Assembly: GCA_973895155.1 (NCBI GenBank)
Contig: OZ316891.1
Span: 31,193,112-31,257,111, forward strand
Reading direction: 5' to 3'
Origin: Marsupella aquatica
Lineage: Eukaryota; Plantae; Marchantiophyta
DNA: 64,000 bases
Shown here: positions 46,663-60,720 of the stretch, piece by piece
Layout of the letters: every line of letters starts with the position of its first letter
Numbering within the stretch: position 1 is the first letter of the stretch
Position numbers and translations under genes: made by a program
The notes under the pieces: generated by a model
The model's input: only the letters and a program-made list of their open reading frames with translations
Told to the model about the DNA's origin: nothing
Database searches by the model: none

Positions 46663-49600
46663 CTAGGGTACCTTTGTCTTCTGTTTTTGAAGATCGGCCT
46701 CTATTTGCTCCGCCTCCTTCAGCAATTGGTCAACCTCTGCAATCGGAGGACTAGCTTCTACATTTGATGCACCGCTCAGCAACATTGCAAGATGTCGAAG
46801 GCAAGCAACATGCTGTCGCTGGAATTCGGTAATAGAGGCCAGGTCCTTTGAGACTCCCGGCTGAGACACAAATAGAAGTACCACTACAGCTGTCAATCAA
46901 TCAATTGTGTTTACAACACTTCAAAACTCTTGCGCAATGCACACAAAGCTCATTTAACGTGAACATGACCGACAAGTCTCTAATCTTAACATCATCTGCT
47001 CAACTGCACAGCGGACCTGTGAACACACCTTATCCAACACAGCCAAGCAGTGACGGAAAAGCGTCTCAGCCTCTTTCTTGCCTGTCTGCACCTCCTGCAT
47101 TCAAAGTTGGACAACGTTGAGCTCACAGGCTGGCTCGCAGAGAGGAAACTCGTGACTTCTGGAATAAAGGAAAGGCAGTGATAAACTAACACAGATACTC
47201 CTAATGAAGTATCTGTGTTCTGCAGATCCCAAAATTCACACGAGAACATAAACTACAAAATGACACTCAAGTATTAAGATATAAACGTGCAGTACCTTGT
47301 CTGTGGTTGCCAGGTCCAGTTTTTTAAGTTCCAGTGTACCTAAGGCATCCAAAGATCGCAGCTGCATGCATCACAGCGTATATCTTAATCTAGTAGACAT
47401 GAGGAAAAATCGGAGGACTTCTAACTCCCCCCCCCAAAAAAAAAAAGACAGAACAAAACCAACCAACCAAACAACAAACAAACCCAAGGTCATGCATCTT
47501 AAACAAGAAGGGGTTTGAAATGAAACTGAACAGCACAGCCTGACGAAAAGCCTGTCGACAGGGTTTGACAGACATTTTGAAAGGTATAGCAGTGACAGCT
47601 AGAACCACAGAGCATATCCACTGTGAGGAGACACAATATCAAAGGGAAAATCTAGGTTGCTCATCTTAACATCAGAGCCCCTGACCAACAGCCATTTGAA
47701 TAGATTCCTTTCGCATCAATTCTTCTACAGCCTAGGAGTTACACCTGTCCCTGAAGCCCTTATGTTTGCTCCCTTCCCGGCACCAGGACTCCAAAACTTA
47801 AGCCTCTAAGGAAAGGTTCCTGGCAGCATTCAAGGGCTGGAATGAAAATTATGTTTCATACCAGCGAGATAAGTGGTCCTGCCCCCATGGCCACTGAACC
47901 TTGTGCACCAGAAACTGGTTTCCAACTTCTTTCAGCAATCCTGATACACATCAATTCTATTGGATGAGTTCTACTATGCCAGTCAAATCTGAACGGCAGT
48001 TTTTTGCATCTGTTTGCAAGAGAAATATGTATATCCTTCACTGTAAGCACTTGTTCTGAAACAAGTGATCTTAGTATAATTGCAGTCCGTTGTTAGCAAG
48101 CAAGAGTAGTGCCATTCTGAAAGTCAGAACCTGATTGCTCTGCGAAGCAACTCCTCAGCACGCTCATACTCCGCTTTTGCATCTGCTGTAGCATTGTCTG
48201 TCCTTTTTGCTACCAACTCATCACCACGTTGTATGGATACGGATGCCAACTTGAACATAGTGACCCCTAGCTGTTGATGAATCACAATGCCCAGCTGAAG
48301 TAAGTATACACATTCACAAGGTATGCACGAAATTGATTTAATATCATGTTGATTTTGAAAGAGAAAATTGGAGAGTTAAAATATGGCAATCACCTGAATA
48401 TGAGTTGGTGGAAGAATCTTCTGGCGAACTTCAAAGGATCTGCAAAATTCAGCACCGTTAGTGGTCGAGCGTCCCATAATTCAATGTGCAGATATCTCAG
48501 TACATTCCAAGTCTACACTATGATTGCATGATATCCAAGACAGACCCAGAACTATGAAGAGGCAACCATACAAAGGCCTTTGCTAATCAGCTTCACTATA
48601 TCATATTTGAAATCGTCAAAGGTTTTGTAACGACAGTAGTGCATGGCTCAGGTATAAAAATATATAATTCGCCGTTATTTTGGAAGCACCACATGGAATG
48701 ATGTACCTTTGCAGAAGCTCTTCTGCTTCCTCCAACTTCCCAACAGCCTGCAACGTTCCTGCAAGATTTTCCGCGGCTGTTGTCGTATTTGACGATTCCA
48801 CTCCCTGAATTCAGTTGTAGACTGAGATAAATGATATGAGGTGCCTGCAGCTTTAACTTAATGCAATTATAACAAACAGCACTTGTGTTTCCAATGGAGC
48901 TCATTGTATCGAAAGCTGATTTGTGGTTCATCAGCATGTAGTTTGCGACTAAATACTGCATGGAACAGTTTCTTATGAGTTTTTTGGTAAAGATCATATG
49001 ATTTGTGCAACAGTCAGCTTCGATTACGGAGGGAGGTTTGATTCATTATAATACTTGCTGTAGTTGTAGACTTCGAGCTCTGTTGGTGATAAGAAGGCAT
49101 CAAACCTGTGACAGTTCCAGATTATGTAGAATCTTCCGTTGTAGTTTCTCTGCTTCTTTCAGTTGACCAGTCTGTGATAAGATCTGAAGGGTGAACCCAA
49201 TAAGTACCCCTTATGAATAGTTGAGGTGATCTGCTACATGACTCCATCGCTTTTCTGAAGATAACCTGATTTAGACTATCATCACTAGTACCTGGAGCTT
49301 TCAATAGACATACCAAAGCAACAGCATCTTGACTTGGTTTTCAATTTGAATGTACCTCCACTAGACGTCCCATGCGCCTTATGACAACTTGAGAATGTCC
49401 AACACCACCTTCCTGCAAGACACAAAATACAAAAGTCTCAAATGAGCAGTTCACCAGACTATCACAGCCTGTGCCAAATCTAAAGTGCAAATAAGACCAG
49501 TTCGATAGTTGCGAGGAGCTATTCGGGCCTCCTTTGAGTGGGAGCAAACATAACCTAATACCCGTTTGGTAAACTGTGCGATAAAAGTGCTCTTTCACAG

Positions 49601-52560
49601 TGAATAAACAGTAAATACCTGGAGTATGCCGATGGATTCACGAATAAGTTTCTCTGCTTCAGCAAACTTTCCTTGCAATCGTTGCACCTAGTAAACAAGT
49701 ATAAACTAACATAGTTACAGGCACAATTATGATTGTCGGGTGGACTATCTACTGCCCCTCAACCCTACGTATACTCAAACTGGAGTGGCTGTAGGCTAAT
49801 TCTTCAGACCATTCGGAAAAAGATGAGATAGTATATTCAAGGCAGATAATAGTATATTCAGTAGATATTCAAGGCATCAGGCTAATTCTTCAGATCAGCT
49901 GATATGCATGAAGGCACATAGTATATTCAGTAGATATTCAAGGCAGATAATATATATCAGCTGAAATTGTCGTATACAGCAACTAATGTAACTAGCAGTA
50001 CGATGAAAGATATTCCAGTCTTCGATCACTTTCATACCTCGCCAAGATGAAACATTGTGCTTGCATATTCAGGGTGATTTCGACCCAACTCCTTCTCCTT
50101 AATCTATTGAAACACAGGTAAGAAGACCCTGTCAACGTCTATTAACACTTTTTCTCATCTTGTTCTTCGATTCACTCGTCAATGAAAAAGTGACATCACC
50201 AGACCAGCGCACTAAAGTTGGCATTGAAGGAAGAGATCACTAGGCTTGAATTAATTAGAGAACTCTTGATCGACCCATCAAGTGGTTAGTAAAACAAAAT
50301 TGGAACAATCCACAAAAGATGTACAATTAACAAGATTGAGCTTGCAAAGTATTGAGAAACTCAAAGTTTACCTCCAGAGAGCGCTGTGTCATTGATAGAC
50401 CGGAATCAGAACCACCAAAATGAACAATTGCACTGATCAGCACCGGCACCATAATCCTTGGAGGGGCAGTAAAAAGAAAATTTTCCAAGCAGATCATGTA
50501 GAGAAGTCTATTAGGATCTCACCGTAGAGCTGCCATAGCAAATGATGAAAGGGCTCAAATGTCACCACCGACAAAAGAAAATTTTGGCTCCTTTTGCCCT
50601 TTGGGATTGTGGAATTTAATGACCTGAGAGATTACGAGCGAAAATGGACACCATGCCAGACTGAGTACTGGTTAAATGAAATTTTGCTAACCTCGTAACA
50701 TTGGCAGGCCTGATCGAACTTCCGCTGAACAAGGTATGTACCTGCAAGGTTATGGAGTGTGAAGCTCACACTGTCCTCCCCAACCCCAAACCAAGCCCAT
50801 TATGTTATCAACTTGTCAGGTTCAGTCGTTATTCTAAAATACTAATGAAGAGAGTGAAAAGCAGCAGGAATGTCTTTTCTTCTCAATAGATGGGTAGAAT
50901 AGTTATGAGATTTAGAAGGGGGACTTGTAACACTAAAATTGAAGTACGTCAAAGAAATCCTTGATCCTCTTAGGACTAGCCAATGCCAAAATATGGCAAC
51001 ACTAACGAATCCAGCACTGCATCTGAATGTTGCGTTAGAGATAAGAGCTATCAGTGCTTGCCTCACATGATTAGCATTGAAGGCATTCTCCAATATTTTA
51101 ACAGCCTCCAAAAATAAAGGTTCTGCTTTCCCATAGTCCCTTTTCATTCTATACAGTTCTGCCTGCAAAAGAGTACTAGCACTTTAGAGAAGCAACCTGC
51201 AACTACCAGACAAAGATGTGTTCGACGTCCACTAGCCAAAGCCAGAATTGGCGCTCAAGAAACTCAAAACTTTAACGAGGTCTACCCTGAATACTGCATC
51301 TGTTTTGCTCTTTCTTCCTGTGGTTAATTGTCCTTCAGAAGAATTTGGTAGTACTCATTAAATTTTGATAATCTAGAAAACGGCAGCAGGGTCGAAAGCA
51401 GTCACGGGAATTGATGAAGGCAGACCAGATTATTACAACTGGATGCAACATGTGGGTCTTCCTCTCCGAATCCTTGTTTGGCTTCCTCCAAGGCCTGTAG
51501 CAAGTACTTTTCAGATTCATCAAGTCGGCCCTGCAGAATATTTAAGCACATCCATATCCAACAGGTAAGGAACAACATTAATTCTACAAAAGTGATATCC
51601 AGTCAAATGTAATAATCATACATATAGTAGACTTAGGATTTGGAAGAGAAGGTGAAAAGGCGAAAGCTTTGAAAGAATACAGTGAAAAAATAACCATTAT
51701 CTATGATTGACCTTCAGAGAAACCCTACATGTGAGCCATGAGACAATGTCCATATTAGAAACACGCATATTAAGAAAGCTCAGTGTCAATGAAGAAATCC
51801 ATTCCATAACTGAAGCCTTGGTGAAGGGAAGTATGCACGCGACAGTGAGAAAGAGATTTTAAGAAGGTCCTATTATTTTAAGGCGCCATGGAAATTATCA
51901 CAACTAGACGATGTATTCAAATTGAGAGTAAATGGAGAAAAATATAAGAAGGCTGTGCTAAAAGATATGCAGAACTCAAGGGCCAGTCAATGCGACCTTG
52001 GAAAAGAGGTCCCGTCCCAAATCGGTGAAGACTCTCCACTTTGCAGTGTGCACATTGGAGACCACCTCGGCAGTATCTGCTTCTTGGTCAGCTTGCCCCC
52101 GGAGTTGTACATCTGTAACTTTATTCAAAGGCGAAGGCGCAGAGCTCGGAGGACAGCTGTTACAAACTTCCTCGGCCCCAATTGCTTGTGTTCCCCCCCA
52201 AAACAAGACTGCTGTACCGCCAAGGAACAATGCAGAAGTTGAACCAGAGAATGTCAGTAATGTCGACAAACGAAGATAAATAAAAAACTGTAATATGATT
52301 ACATTGGCGAGTGCACAATAGAGGACAGCGAGAGTTAACGGCAGATTGCAAAACATTAATAGATCCTCACCGGAAATTCCCAAGATGCTGTAAATCGACT
52401 TTTGATGGGATCGACGTGTGGCTGATTTCAAAAACTCCACCTCTTCTCGTAAAGGACTTCCCTTCAAGAGTGAGAGAAGAGGAATGCGGCTAGAACTGAT
52501 CACATAACGACGACCAGGAGACGCGAACAGCTGGCGAGCAAATCCTGACCAGGCACCCAT
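46663..52560 (-). CDS. Organelle-targeted TPR protein (kinesin-light-chain-like TPR family), about 15 exons
   Basis: Exons read WRVFTDLGRDLFSK | GRLDESEKYLLQALEEAKQGFGEEDPHVASSCNNL | AELYRMKRDYGKAEPLFLEA | TLHNLAGTYLVQRKFDQACQCYE | RSLE | IKEKELGRNHPEYASTMFHLGE | VQRLQGKFAEAE... | TTTAAENLAGTLQAVGKLEEAEELLQR ... to stop at 46663. Some middle exons are not resolved. Confidence 0.88.
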
Positions 52561-54741
52561 ACTTGTCTCCCAGCTGAGACAAGATATTTTTGTGCCCGCA
52601 ACCTCAGACCATAATGGCCGATGCCCACCTCTTCAGCCCCTTACCTACTGACGAGGAACCCGAGTTCCCCAACAACCTATGATGGTAGAGACAGGATCGA
52701 GGAAATGAACGAGAAAGGAAGCCGCTAGCCGAACGAGAATGCATTGACGGATTTGATCCTATATCATGGCGATATGAACAAATTTCAAGTCATTGGAGAT
52801 ACAATTTCAGTCAGAACATCAACCTGGGAAGATCAAGAGGACGCCACTCCAAACTACCTCAATTTCATAAATGGAGTGCTTGACGGTTCACAGGGACTTG
52901 CAAGGAATTTGATCTGTTCGGCGGATTAAAATGAAAACTTGAAATCTCACAAGTGGAAATTACCTCTGCAACTCGAACCAAAGCAGGCCGAACTCATCAA
53001 TGGCACCAATGAATCACAGGATCCCATACAACTTATGAGGCAGATTCATCTCTAATCAGATCGCCTGAGCCTCAAAATTCTTCAAACCTTGATGACGTGC
53101 AAACACTCGACGATGTCAGCTGGAAATTGTACTGGAGATGGCCGTCACAAAATTTCCGGTGAGCAACATTTGTTAATGCAAGTCTCTCGTATTGAACCAG
53201 TAATCCTGGAGCTTCTTCAAACACCTCGAAGGACGATCAGAAAATTCGAAAATTGAAATACAAAAGCTTTGGCTCGTGAATGCCGAGTTTGGAGAGGAGA
53301 CAGAGCACTCGACCGATCAGCCTGAGGGATCACCTTCACCTTGAATCACCTATAAATTATTATTTTAATATTATTAATGATAAGGTTTCTTCCCTTGTTT
53401 TTCCAATGATAACTCTATTTGTTTTCTTCCTTTCTCCCCTTTATTGGGTCTCTTGCCTTTTGGATCTTGTGTACAGGGTCTCTTGTTTGCCACTTATAGA
53501 TACTAGCCGAATGCCCATTCTTTCAATCTCTTGTTTGCCACTTATAGATACTAGCCTGAATGTTCATTCTTTGAATAACAATAGAGTGATAACAGGTCTC
53601 TTTGGCTTTTGTATCTTGTGTACAGGTTTACCACTTATACATATGAGCCTGAATGCCCATTCTTTGACTAACAATTATAGAGTGTAACAAAAATCAGCAT
53701 GTATGATCATTTTGGCATACCATACATCCTATTCTGCTCTCGGATCAACATAATAATTTATACATTTGGTAGGGAATTGGGGCCCTAGAGTTAAGGTCTT
53801 TAGTCTAGAAGCCTAGACCCCAACTCTAGGATATATATATACGCTTTTCGGATTTTGTCTACAGGTTTTGCTCTTTTGTTGTTTTTAACACTTATTTCTA
53901 GATTCTAGCTCAGAGTCCCTTTGTAAAACCAGGGGACTGGGAGAGCTGTAAAGCTTGGACGAGATACTCATCTCAACATTTTGACTGGATAAGATTTATG
54001 AGCTTGCATGGGATCTATTGAAAGGTTTATATGTCTTGACTAGGATAACATCAGTTTAGAGCAAGATTTATGCACATAGAGCATTATTTTGGGGATCCCA
54101 TCCAAGCTTTAAGGTTTGGAATGAGAACCAGTCTGAGCTTATCGCTTCTGACTAGGAGGCTATCTTTTTAACTTGGCCTGGAATGATGCCTAGATAGACC
54201 CAATATATTTTACCAAACCTAGGGATAATGGACTAAGCAATTTAGCACCCAAAAATGTGGGTATTATGACTAAATACATGCAATCTGAGTACACTCATAA
54301 CAAAAAGATCTGAAATTATGTTCACATGGACCACAACATCTGACCACACAACTCAATTCCACAAAACAGCTTATATAGTTTTTGAAACCCAAGAAAGCAT
54401 CAATTGTAAAAAACGAAAGATAATATTTTACTTTAAAGAAATGTTTGTTTATGCATCTACGAAGTTCTGTTCCAAAGTGGCAATCACTTGGAATGGTTCT
54501 ACATCTTCCAGTCAATGAACAAGTCGATGATGTTGTTGGAACGGGAAGAGAAGGCAAGAACATCCAATCCCCATTTGCCTTGAAAGCTACCTGAGCAACA
54601 TGAAAAGATAGAACAGACCCATCCTTCCGTGTGAAGTGGCTCATAAAGTTGGTCACTCTTTACCACAAGAGGGTTGACCTAACTAATGAATTTGTTTCTG
54701 TAGGACACTTGAATCTTGTTAGCTTCACCTTTTATATACAA

Positions 54742-55375
54742 CAGTTAACTCTCTTTAAGTGCATACTCCAGGGAAGAAAGATCCCGCATATATGCACTAA
54801 ACCAGGTGGTGCATACTTTGATAAAAGCATACTCACTAAAAAGTGCACTTATCCATAAGTGCGCTTGATTTACATTCCTTAAGTGTGTAATTATCCAGGG
54901 TTCACAGGGATGATTTGAATACCCAGTTTTGTTGGCAATTGCAGATTCATCACCACAAAATGAATGAACAACATAGGGACTCCAAAACTCCACGTGCACG
55001 TTTTAAGTACTATAATATACCCAGATCACACAATGAATCAGTGAGTAGTCTGGTACCTGAGTGAATAGCCTCGTAGCTCTTATGGCTGCCCTAATTCTGC
55101 TCTTAAACTCCCTAAGTGCAGTCTTAACTCTACTATATAAGAATGGGCATGCGTTTATCAGAAAATGGAACTTCATGGTTTTGTGCTTTTACCGATAAGG
55201 TAGGCACTTATCAAGGGTAAGAGCTTGTAAAGTTGTTAAGGTGATTCTAGCCCTGTGTGCGCTTGGAAAATAAGCTTACAAAGGGCTTACCCCGTGCAAA
55301 AAAAGAAAATGGAAACAGGAGAACAACATGATGCCCTGCGCTAACCAAAGGTAAGCATTTATGGAGTGCATTCAG
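54742..55375. mobile_element. Diverged pogo/Tc1-type MITE related to 18413-18878
   Basis: Left end CAGTTAACTCTCTTTAAGTGCATACTC; shared internal blocks GCACTAAACCAGGTG, TCAGTGAGTAGTC, CACTTATCAAGGGTAAG and GCCCTGTGTG. Right TIR decayed. Confidence 0.7.
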
Positions 55376-56949
55376 ACGGAGCAGGCTGGAATTAATAAGC
55401 CAGAGGCCTGGGTAGGATTGTGGGAGGACAATGCTTTAGTAGGTATGGACAACAGGAAGGAGTAAACTGTGTATTGTGAAAGACGGGCATGATTAGAATA
55501 TAAGGACACAGTAAGTTGATCATATCCCGGATTATATAGAACATTCCAAAACGACAAAAAGTGCCTTATGGGGAGACACAGAAAGTGCCCTACCAAGAGA
55601 CAGGATCCCAAAGGCTAGAAAACGGGAAGTGATTTTGGCGAAGTGACAAGTGCATAAGTGATTGAAACAGCAACATGAAAAACAAAGGACAAGGGATGAA
55701 AATTGGGCGAGGTTCATTGAGGGATGAAAAACGAGGACTAACTTCCATGGTCACAAAGAGGTCAAAACTAGAGTGACTGATGAACAAGAAAAGTGTCAAT
55801 TTACTAAAGAAGGGCCACACAATGTACAAAGGACAAAACGTAACAGAGTCAAGAGAGGACAAACATTACTCAAACGAAGAGGCAAAATCCAAATAAAGAT
55901 CGACTAGTACAATAGTGTGATGAAGGCACTAGAAGGTCTAATTTGAGTAGGTGGCCTGCGCGCTCTGGAGATGAAGAAACGGAATTCGAGGAGGCCCAAT
56001 ATATATTTATATTTATTTATTATTTATTATTTATTATTTATTAATTTATTTTTTGAGAAATCAGGATCTGAAAGTATGGCGATCGTTCTGTCTAACATGA
56101 GAATTGATGATCGACGTCATTACGAATACTGAAAAGTAACGCCCACTAAAAACTCTGTCTGGACTTCGGTCTGTTGCTCGAATTAAGGTGATGCTCAGAC
56201 TGACCAAAAAGGTTGATCTACAGACTCCATGTGGGTTGTGATTGTGACGATACATGCGAGCATCAGTCAAGCAAAATGGTTTATGGGAGCTTCAATTTTT
56301 CTGATTCGCTGATATTGGTAAGTGGAGTATAACAACTGATGAGAGGACAGGGTGTTATACCATGAATCGATAATGAGTCCTGAACACGTGTACACCGTTG
56401 GAACCAAAGCTGTTCCTAACTGACTGCAGCTGACCATGGGCAAGGTTATGATCGAATTGAGGTACGAATATGAAGACGAAAAATCATTGGAATAACAATT
56501 ATACGAATGGATTATCCATGACACGGATTGACAGTGGAATATATCACACTGCCAAGATCACTAAGCAAGTGCAATACTCCAAGGGTCACCGTGAGGCATG
56601 CAAGAAGCTTGATTATCTGTTCCAGATGACCGGTTGCATTTCGAGGTAGCCAAAGATATCAACATTTCACAATTTTCCAAGCTACGTAAGAGACTGGAAG
56701 TAGAAAAAGAAATTTGAAACAGTCGTGCTTAGCGTAATGAAAATGCACCATTGCATTATTTTCTTATCTCAAATTCGGCAAACTTCTCGTGCCAGAGGAT
56801 TGGGGGCTCAGCTGCTTGGCTACGGCCTCCATATCCGGGGCTTTCGTGGAATGCATTAACTTATACATTAACATAAACTACCTGCCACTAACAGTGTTGA
56901 TCCGATCGAATGGAGCAGCGCTGGCTTGTCCAAGTGAGGACATTTTATT

Positions 56950-57270
56950 AACGGTGCGGCAAATGGAGACTGAGTCTGGCTAAAAGGAGACGGAGTCTGC
57001 CCATGCCCAAGTGCTGGTGCAGGTGTCGACGACCCGAATGATGGCGTCGATGTTGCTCCGAACCCACCTGTACGAAGGCTTTTGTCGGCCAAATATTCCT
57101 GCGGAAGGTGTTCTAGCAAATGGACATGGGGCGGGTGGCTGTCCAAGTACTGGTGTCGACCCGAATGATGGGCGTCGATATATGTTGCTCCAAACCCATC
57201 TGTAGGCATTGTCCGCCAAATACTCCTGCGGAAGGTGTTGTAGCAAACGGACATGAGGCGGGTGGCTGTT
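56950..57270 (-). pseudogene. Nup98-like FG-repeat fragment, present as a ~125-bp tandem duplication
   Basis: Minus strand reads GIFGRQKPS / GGFGATSTPSFGSSTPAP...QTPSPFSQTQSPF across frameshifts. Confidence 0.45.
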
Positions 57271-57501
57271 GACATGCCACTAACATCGTACCTTGTGCTC
57301 TACGTTGTGCTCAACTTCTAAATCCGCCACAAGTTTGGGAAGCCGTGTATATACGTGCTCTTATAAGTCAGCTTCAGTCTTGACCTTCTCATACAGGTTT
57401 CGCGAGCAGATCGAGATCGAAGACTGGAGTTACTTTAGTGAATAGTCGAGAAGCGCTGCAGTCGAGAAGTGGTAGAGTCTAGCTTACCGTGAAGGATCAG
57501 A

Positions 57502-58806
57502 ATGGCTGTACCAGTGGGATGTCGCGCCAGTAAGCGCTGCGGAAGACCAGAGGCATTTGATAATGAGCGACTTCTTCCAGGTATCCTCGACGACATCACG
57601 TTGAACCTGATAGCTCCCAAGTTGTCGTGGGCAGATTGTCATCGCTTGTCAGCAGTAAGCCACAGCTGGCGTGATGTTGTTCGAAGTGGAGAGGTGCAGG
57701 CTGCGAGAGTTCACCAATGCGCAACGGAAACACTTGTTCTTCTCAGTTACACGCTTTCTACACTTTCCAGAGAGATGCTCCTCTACTCCATAAGAGATAA
57801 CCGTTGCTACAAACTTCCTTCGTTACCATGTCTTGATGGAAAAATCCCACCCACATCTCAATGCATCTCGTTAGACGGGAAAGTTTACGTACTGGGAGGA
57901 GATTTCTTGAATACTGGTCTTGGTGAATTAGATCTTGGCAACAATCATGGGGTATATGTGCTGGACCCGGCTGTAGGAAGGCAGTGGAAACTATGTGCAC
58001 GTATGATAGAACCGAAAGTGCACTTCGGATGCGGCATCTTCAATGGCAAGCTTTACGTGTTGGGTGGTTTGGGTATAAGGAGGCCTACGATTTCGTCGGA
58101 GGTGTATGACCCTAAAGAAGATACTTGGTCTCCGATCAAGGCCCTGCCAGACTCCTTGAGATTGGATCCTCAGGTGGCGAGTGTGGGAGCCAAGCTGTTA
58201 GTGCATGGCGGTAAAGTGCTGCAACAAACAAATCAGGCGTGGCCAATCTGGTACGGTTATCATTTTGGTAATGTGCTTGTTAATCGAGAATCCAAGGCCT
58301 ACCATGTACGTAATGTCCTTTCTCCAGCTGTTGCTTGGCAAGTATTTAAAAGGGTTTATTTTGAAGCTCAAAAAGGAAAAGCTCTGCAAGTTTACGATGC
58401 GGTCAAGGACGAGTGGAGTGTGGTGGGAGCCGTTCTGGGGCGGAAGGAAGATGTGTCGTTCATGCATAAAGGAAAGCTTCACGTAATCGACAATGATGAT
58501 ATTCATGTCCAAGACACTGAAACAGATTCGTGGATACATCTGCACGAACACTCGTTTCTCGGGCAGGGATTCATGGACTCGCACTGGATAGCTGGACAAG
58601 TTGCAATGACTGTGGATGACAGGCTTTTGATAATCGCAGAAGGGTTTGGCGATTATGAAGGGGTCGGCAAAGCACGTCTTCTCCGAAGCAGTCGTCTGGG
58701 AAGTGTCGAGAAGAAGATTCAGTGGGAGAAAACGCCATTTGTAGTTCAGTTCGATGAACAGGGTTGTGAGTCCTCGATATATTCCATGCACCCTATTCAA
58801 CTCTGA
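57502..58806 (+). CDS. F-box/Kelch-repeat protein (intronless, 434 aa)
   Basis: F-box LLPGILDDITLNLI...L..VSHSWR. Kelch repeats GKVYVLGG...W and GKLYVLGG...EVYDPKEDTW. Confidence 0.93.
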   Translation: MAVPVGCRASKRCGRPEAFDNERLLPGILDDITLNLIAPKLSWADCHRLSAVSHSWRDVVRSGEVQAARVHQCATETLVLLSYTLSTLSREMLLYSIRDNRCYKLPSLPCLDGKIPPTSQCISLDGKVYVLGGDFLNTGLGELDLGNNHGVYVLDPAVGRQWKLCARMIEPKVHFGCGIFNGKLYVLGGLGIRRPTISSEVYDPKEDTWSPIKALPDSLRLDPQVASVGAKLLVHGGKVLQQTNQAWPIWYGYHFGNVLVNRESKAYHVRNVLSPAVAWQVFKRVYFEAQKGKALQVYDAVKDEWSVVGAVLGRKEDVSFMHKGKLHVIDNDDIHVQDTETDSWIHLHEHSFLGQGFMDSHWIAGQVAMTVDDRLLIIAEGFGDYEGVGKARLLRSSRLGSVEKKIQWEKTPFVVQFDEQGCESSIYSMHPIQL

Positions 58807-59225
58807 ACTTACATCTCTGAGATCGGAAAGGGACGAGTCGAGCCATGCACCCTTTGTACGCTGGGACACAAAGGTTGACAGGGAAGTGTCTCGGGTGAAC
58901 GATGGACAATATGTATCGCACGCGGCCACTAAGACTTCGGGTACGAGCCCTGCCTTTCTTCCGAACGAGGAGAAGCACGAGGATAAGCCACAAAGCCGGA
59001 CGGAAGTTGGTTGTCGGATGTTTTGGCTCGATCGTTCCTTGAATAGATTCCATCGTCTTCATTCTAAACCCTTTGCCACCATCTCAGTCTTAGTTGCTCA
59101 GCCCGGTTCGAAATCGCGAAGGACGGAGAGTATTGCGCCAAAGCTTGAACAGTTGACGCAATACGCGCATTCTCTTTGTATGTAGATGGAGGTGCATGCT
59201 TGATGGAGCCCCTACCGTAGCTCAC

Positions 59226-60562
59226 AAGCTTATTTGATGGACCCCAAAAAGCTTGGTTTTAGTTTAGATTTAGACCCAAGAGAGTTTTGTTTCAGTGTAT
59301 AGACCCCTCTGACACTTACAGTTTTGTTAGAGTGTAAAATTTTGAACACTTGCTTTTGTGTCAGATATTCTTGTAGAGATGTGAAAATTTGCAACATGTA
59401 CTCATGTGCATTACTATCTTTACTCCAAGGAGGACCATATTCCTGGGCCCAATAAGCTGTCTCAAAACCTTTTTGAATCAGGACTACTTCTCTCTACTAT
59501 GATGAATTCAACCGAGTAATTTTTGGGTTTTGCAATATTGGTAGGCACTTGACTTAATTGATAACAAAACTTGTTCATCCGTCCAAACCTAAACCCCCCT
59601 TCAGGCAAGGGTGAATGTCTAGCAATGGGCCTTTCTAGTAGACAAGGTGGATGTTATCTACACATGACACTTCTAAGCTCAATGTTTTGGCTCATACACT
59701 TTTTGATCAAGACCCCATTAAGGCAGGGGTATGTGGCCAAAAGTTTACCTTTGTGGGCTATGTCCAACGTGGATATTGTCTTCATGTGACACTGAGCACA
59801 ATTTTTGGCTCCTAGACTGCTCTACCAAAGAACCTGAGTGTTGAGCACACTAGTCTTTGGGCTCCTAGACTGCTCTACCAAAGAACCTGTTCAGATGGAA
59901 ATAAACGTCCAAGAGTGGACCTTTTTGGAGGACAACATATATGGAAGTATCTTCAAGTGGACACTTACCAACTTAGAGATGGAAAAATGGACCTAAATAG
60001 CAAAGCAATTACAGATACACGTGGAATTGCAGAGTTGCATGCAATAATTTGCCTTAGTTGAGCTTGCCACACATTGCACTTCAGGATTGCACATTTTCCA
60101 AATTTCCAAAAATGTGAAATGAATTATTTCTCCGGTTGCATATGAGTTTACAAAACAAAAGGCATTGATGCTATAATTGAATGTCTTCTTCACTTCACAA
60201 TTCAAACTACCCTAAACTCACAGTTTTGGCAATGGGGTAATACAGCCTGGGCGGTGATGTGCAGTTCATGTCACGGCCTACAGAGGGTGCACACTTTGTG
60301 GTTCAAATGCATTTATTGTTTACTACTTGGTGACCCAGCCATAGTATCCAATGTCACAATTTTATGAGGTCCCCTACAAGAACATCTGACACAAAAGTGT
60401 CAAAGAGGATCTAAATTGTACAACAAAACTTTCATGCCAGGTCTTACTATAACAAAACTTTTATATGGGGGGTCTAAATTGTAGCAAAACTTTCATGGGG
60501 GTCCATTAAGTAACTTTTTCAGCTAGGAGGGCCCCGAGGGGGGTCTATCAAGCATATATCTT
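59226..60562. mobile_element. Degenerate non-autonomous Mutator-type element
   Basis: Ends TATTTGATGGACCCC and GGGGTCTATCAAGCATATATC resemble the 33202 and 36287 MITE termini, with subterminal GACCC/GGGTC repeats. TSD not convincing. Confidence 0.5.
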
Positions 60563-60619
60563 TATCTCAATGCCCACCTCATGCCGCACTTTGAGGGCAT
60601 GTCATCTCTTCCTTGAGTT

Positions 60620-60720
60620 GAATGTGCTCTTTCCCCCAAAAAAATACAATCATTGGGGCAAGCATGTATCACTCCATATTTCTTTCCAATCATATGTGAA
60701 GACACACATTCATTTGAGCT
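60620..60720 (-). mobile_element. CACTA/En-Spm transposase (Tnp2) remnant
   Basis: IGKKYGVIHACPNDCIF matches the conserved YxxIHACPNDCxL motif. Confidence 0.6.

Noticed and set aside
58198-58929. 243-aa minus-strand ORF
   Set aside because: Antisense shadow of the F-box/Kelch CDS.
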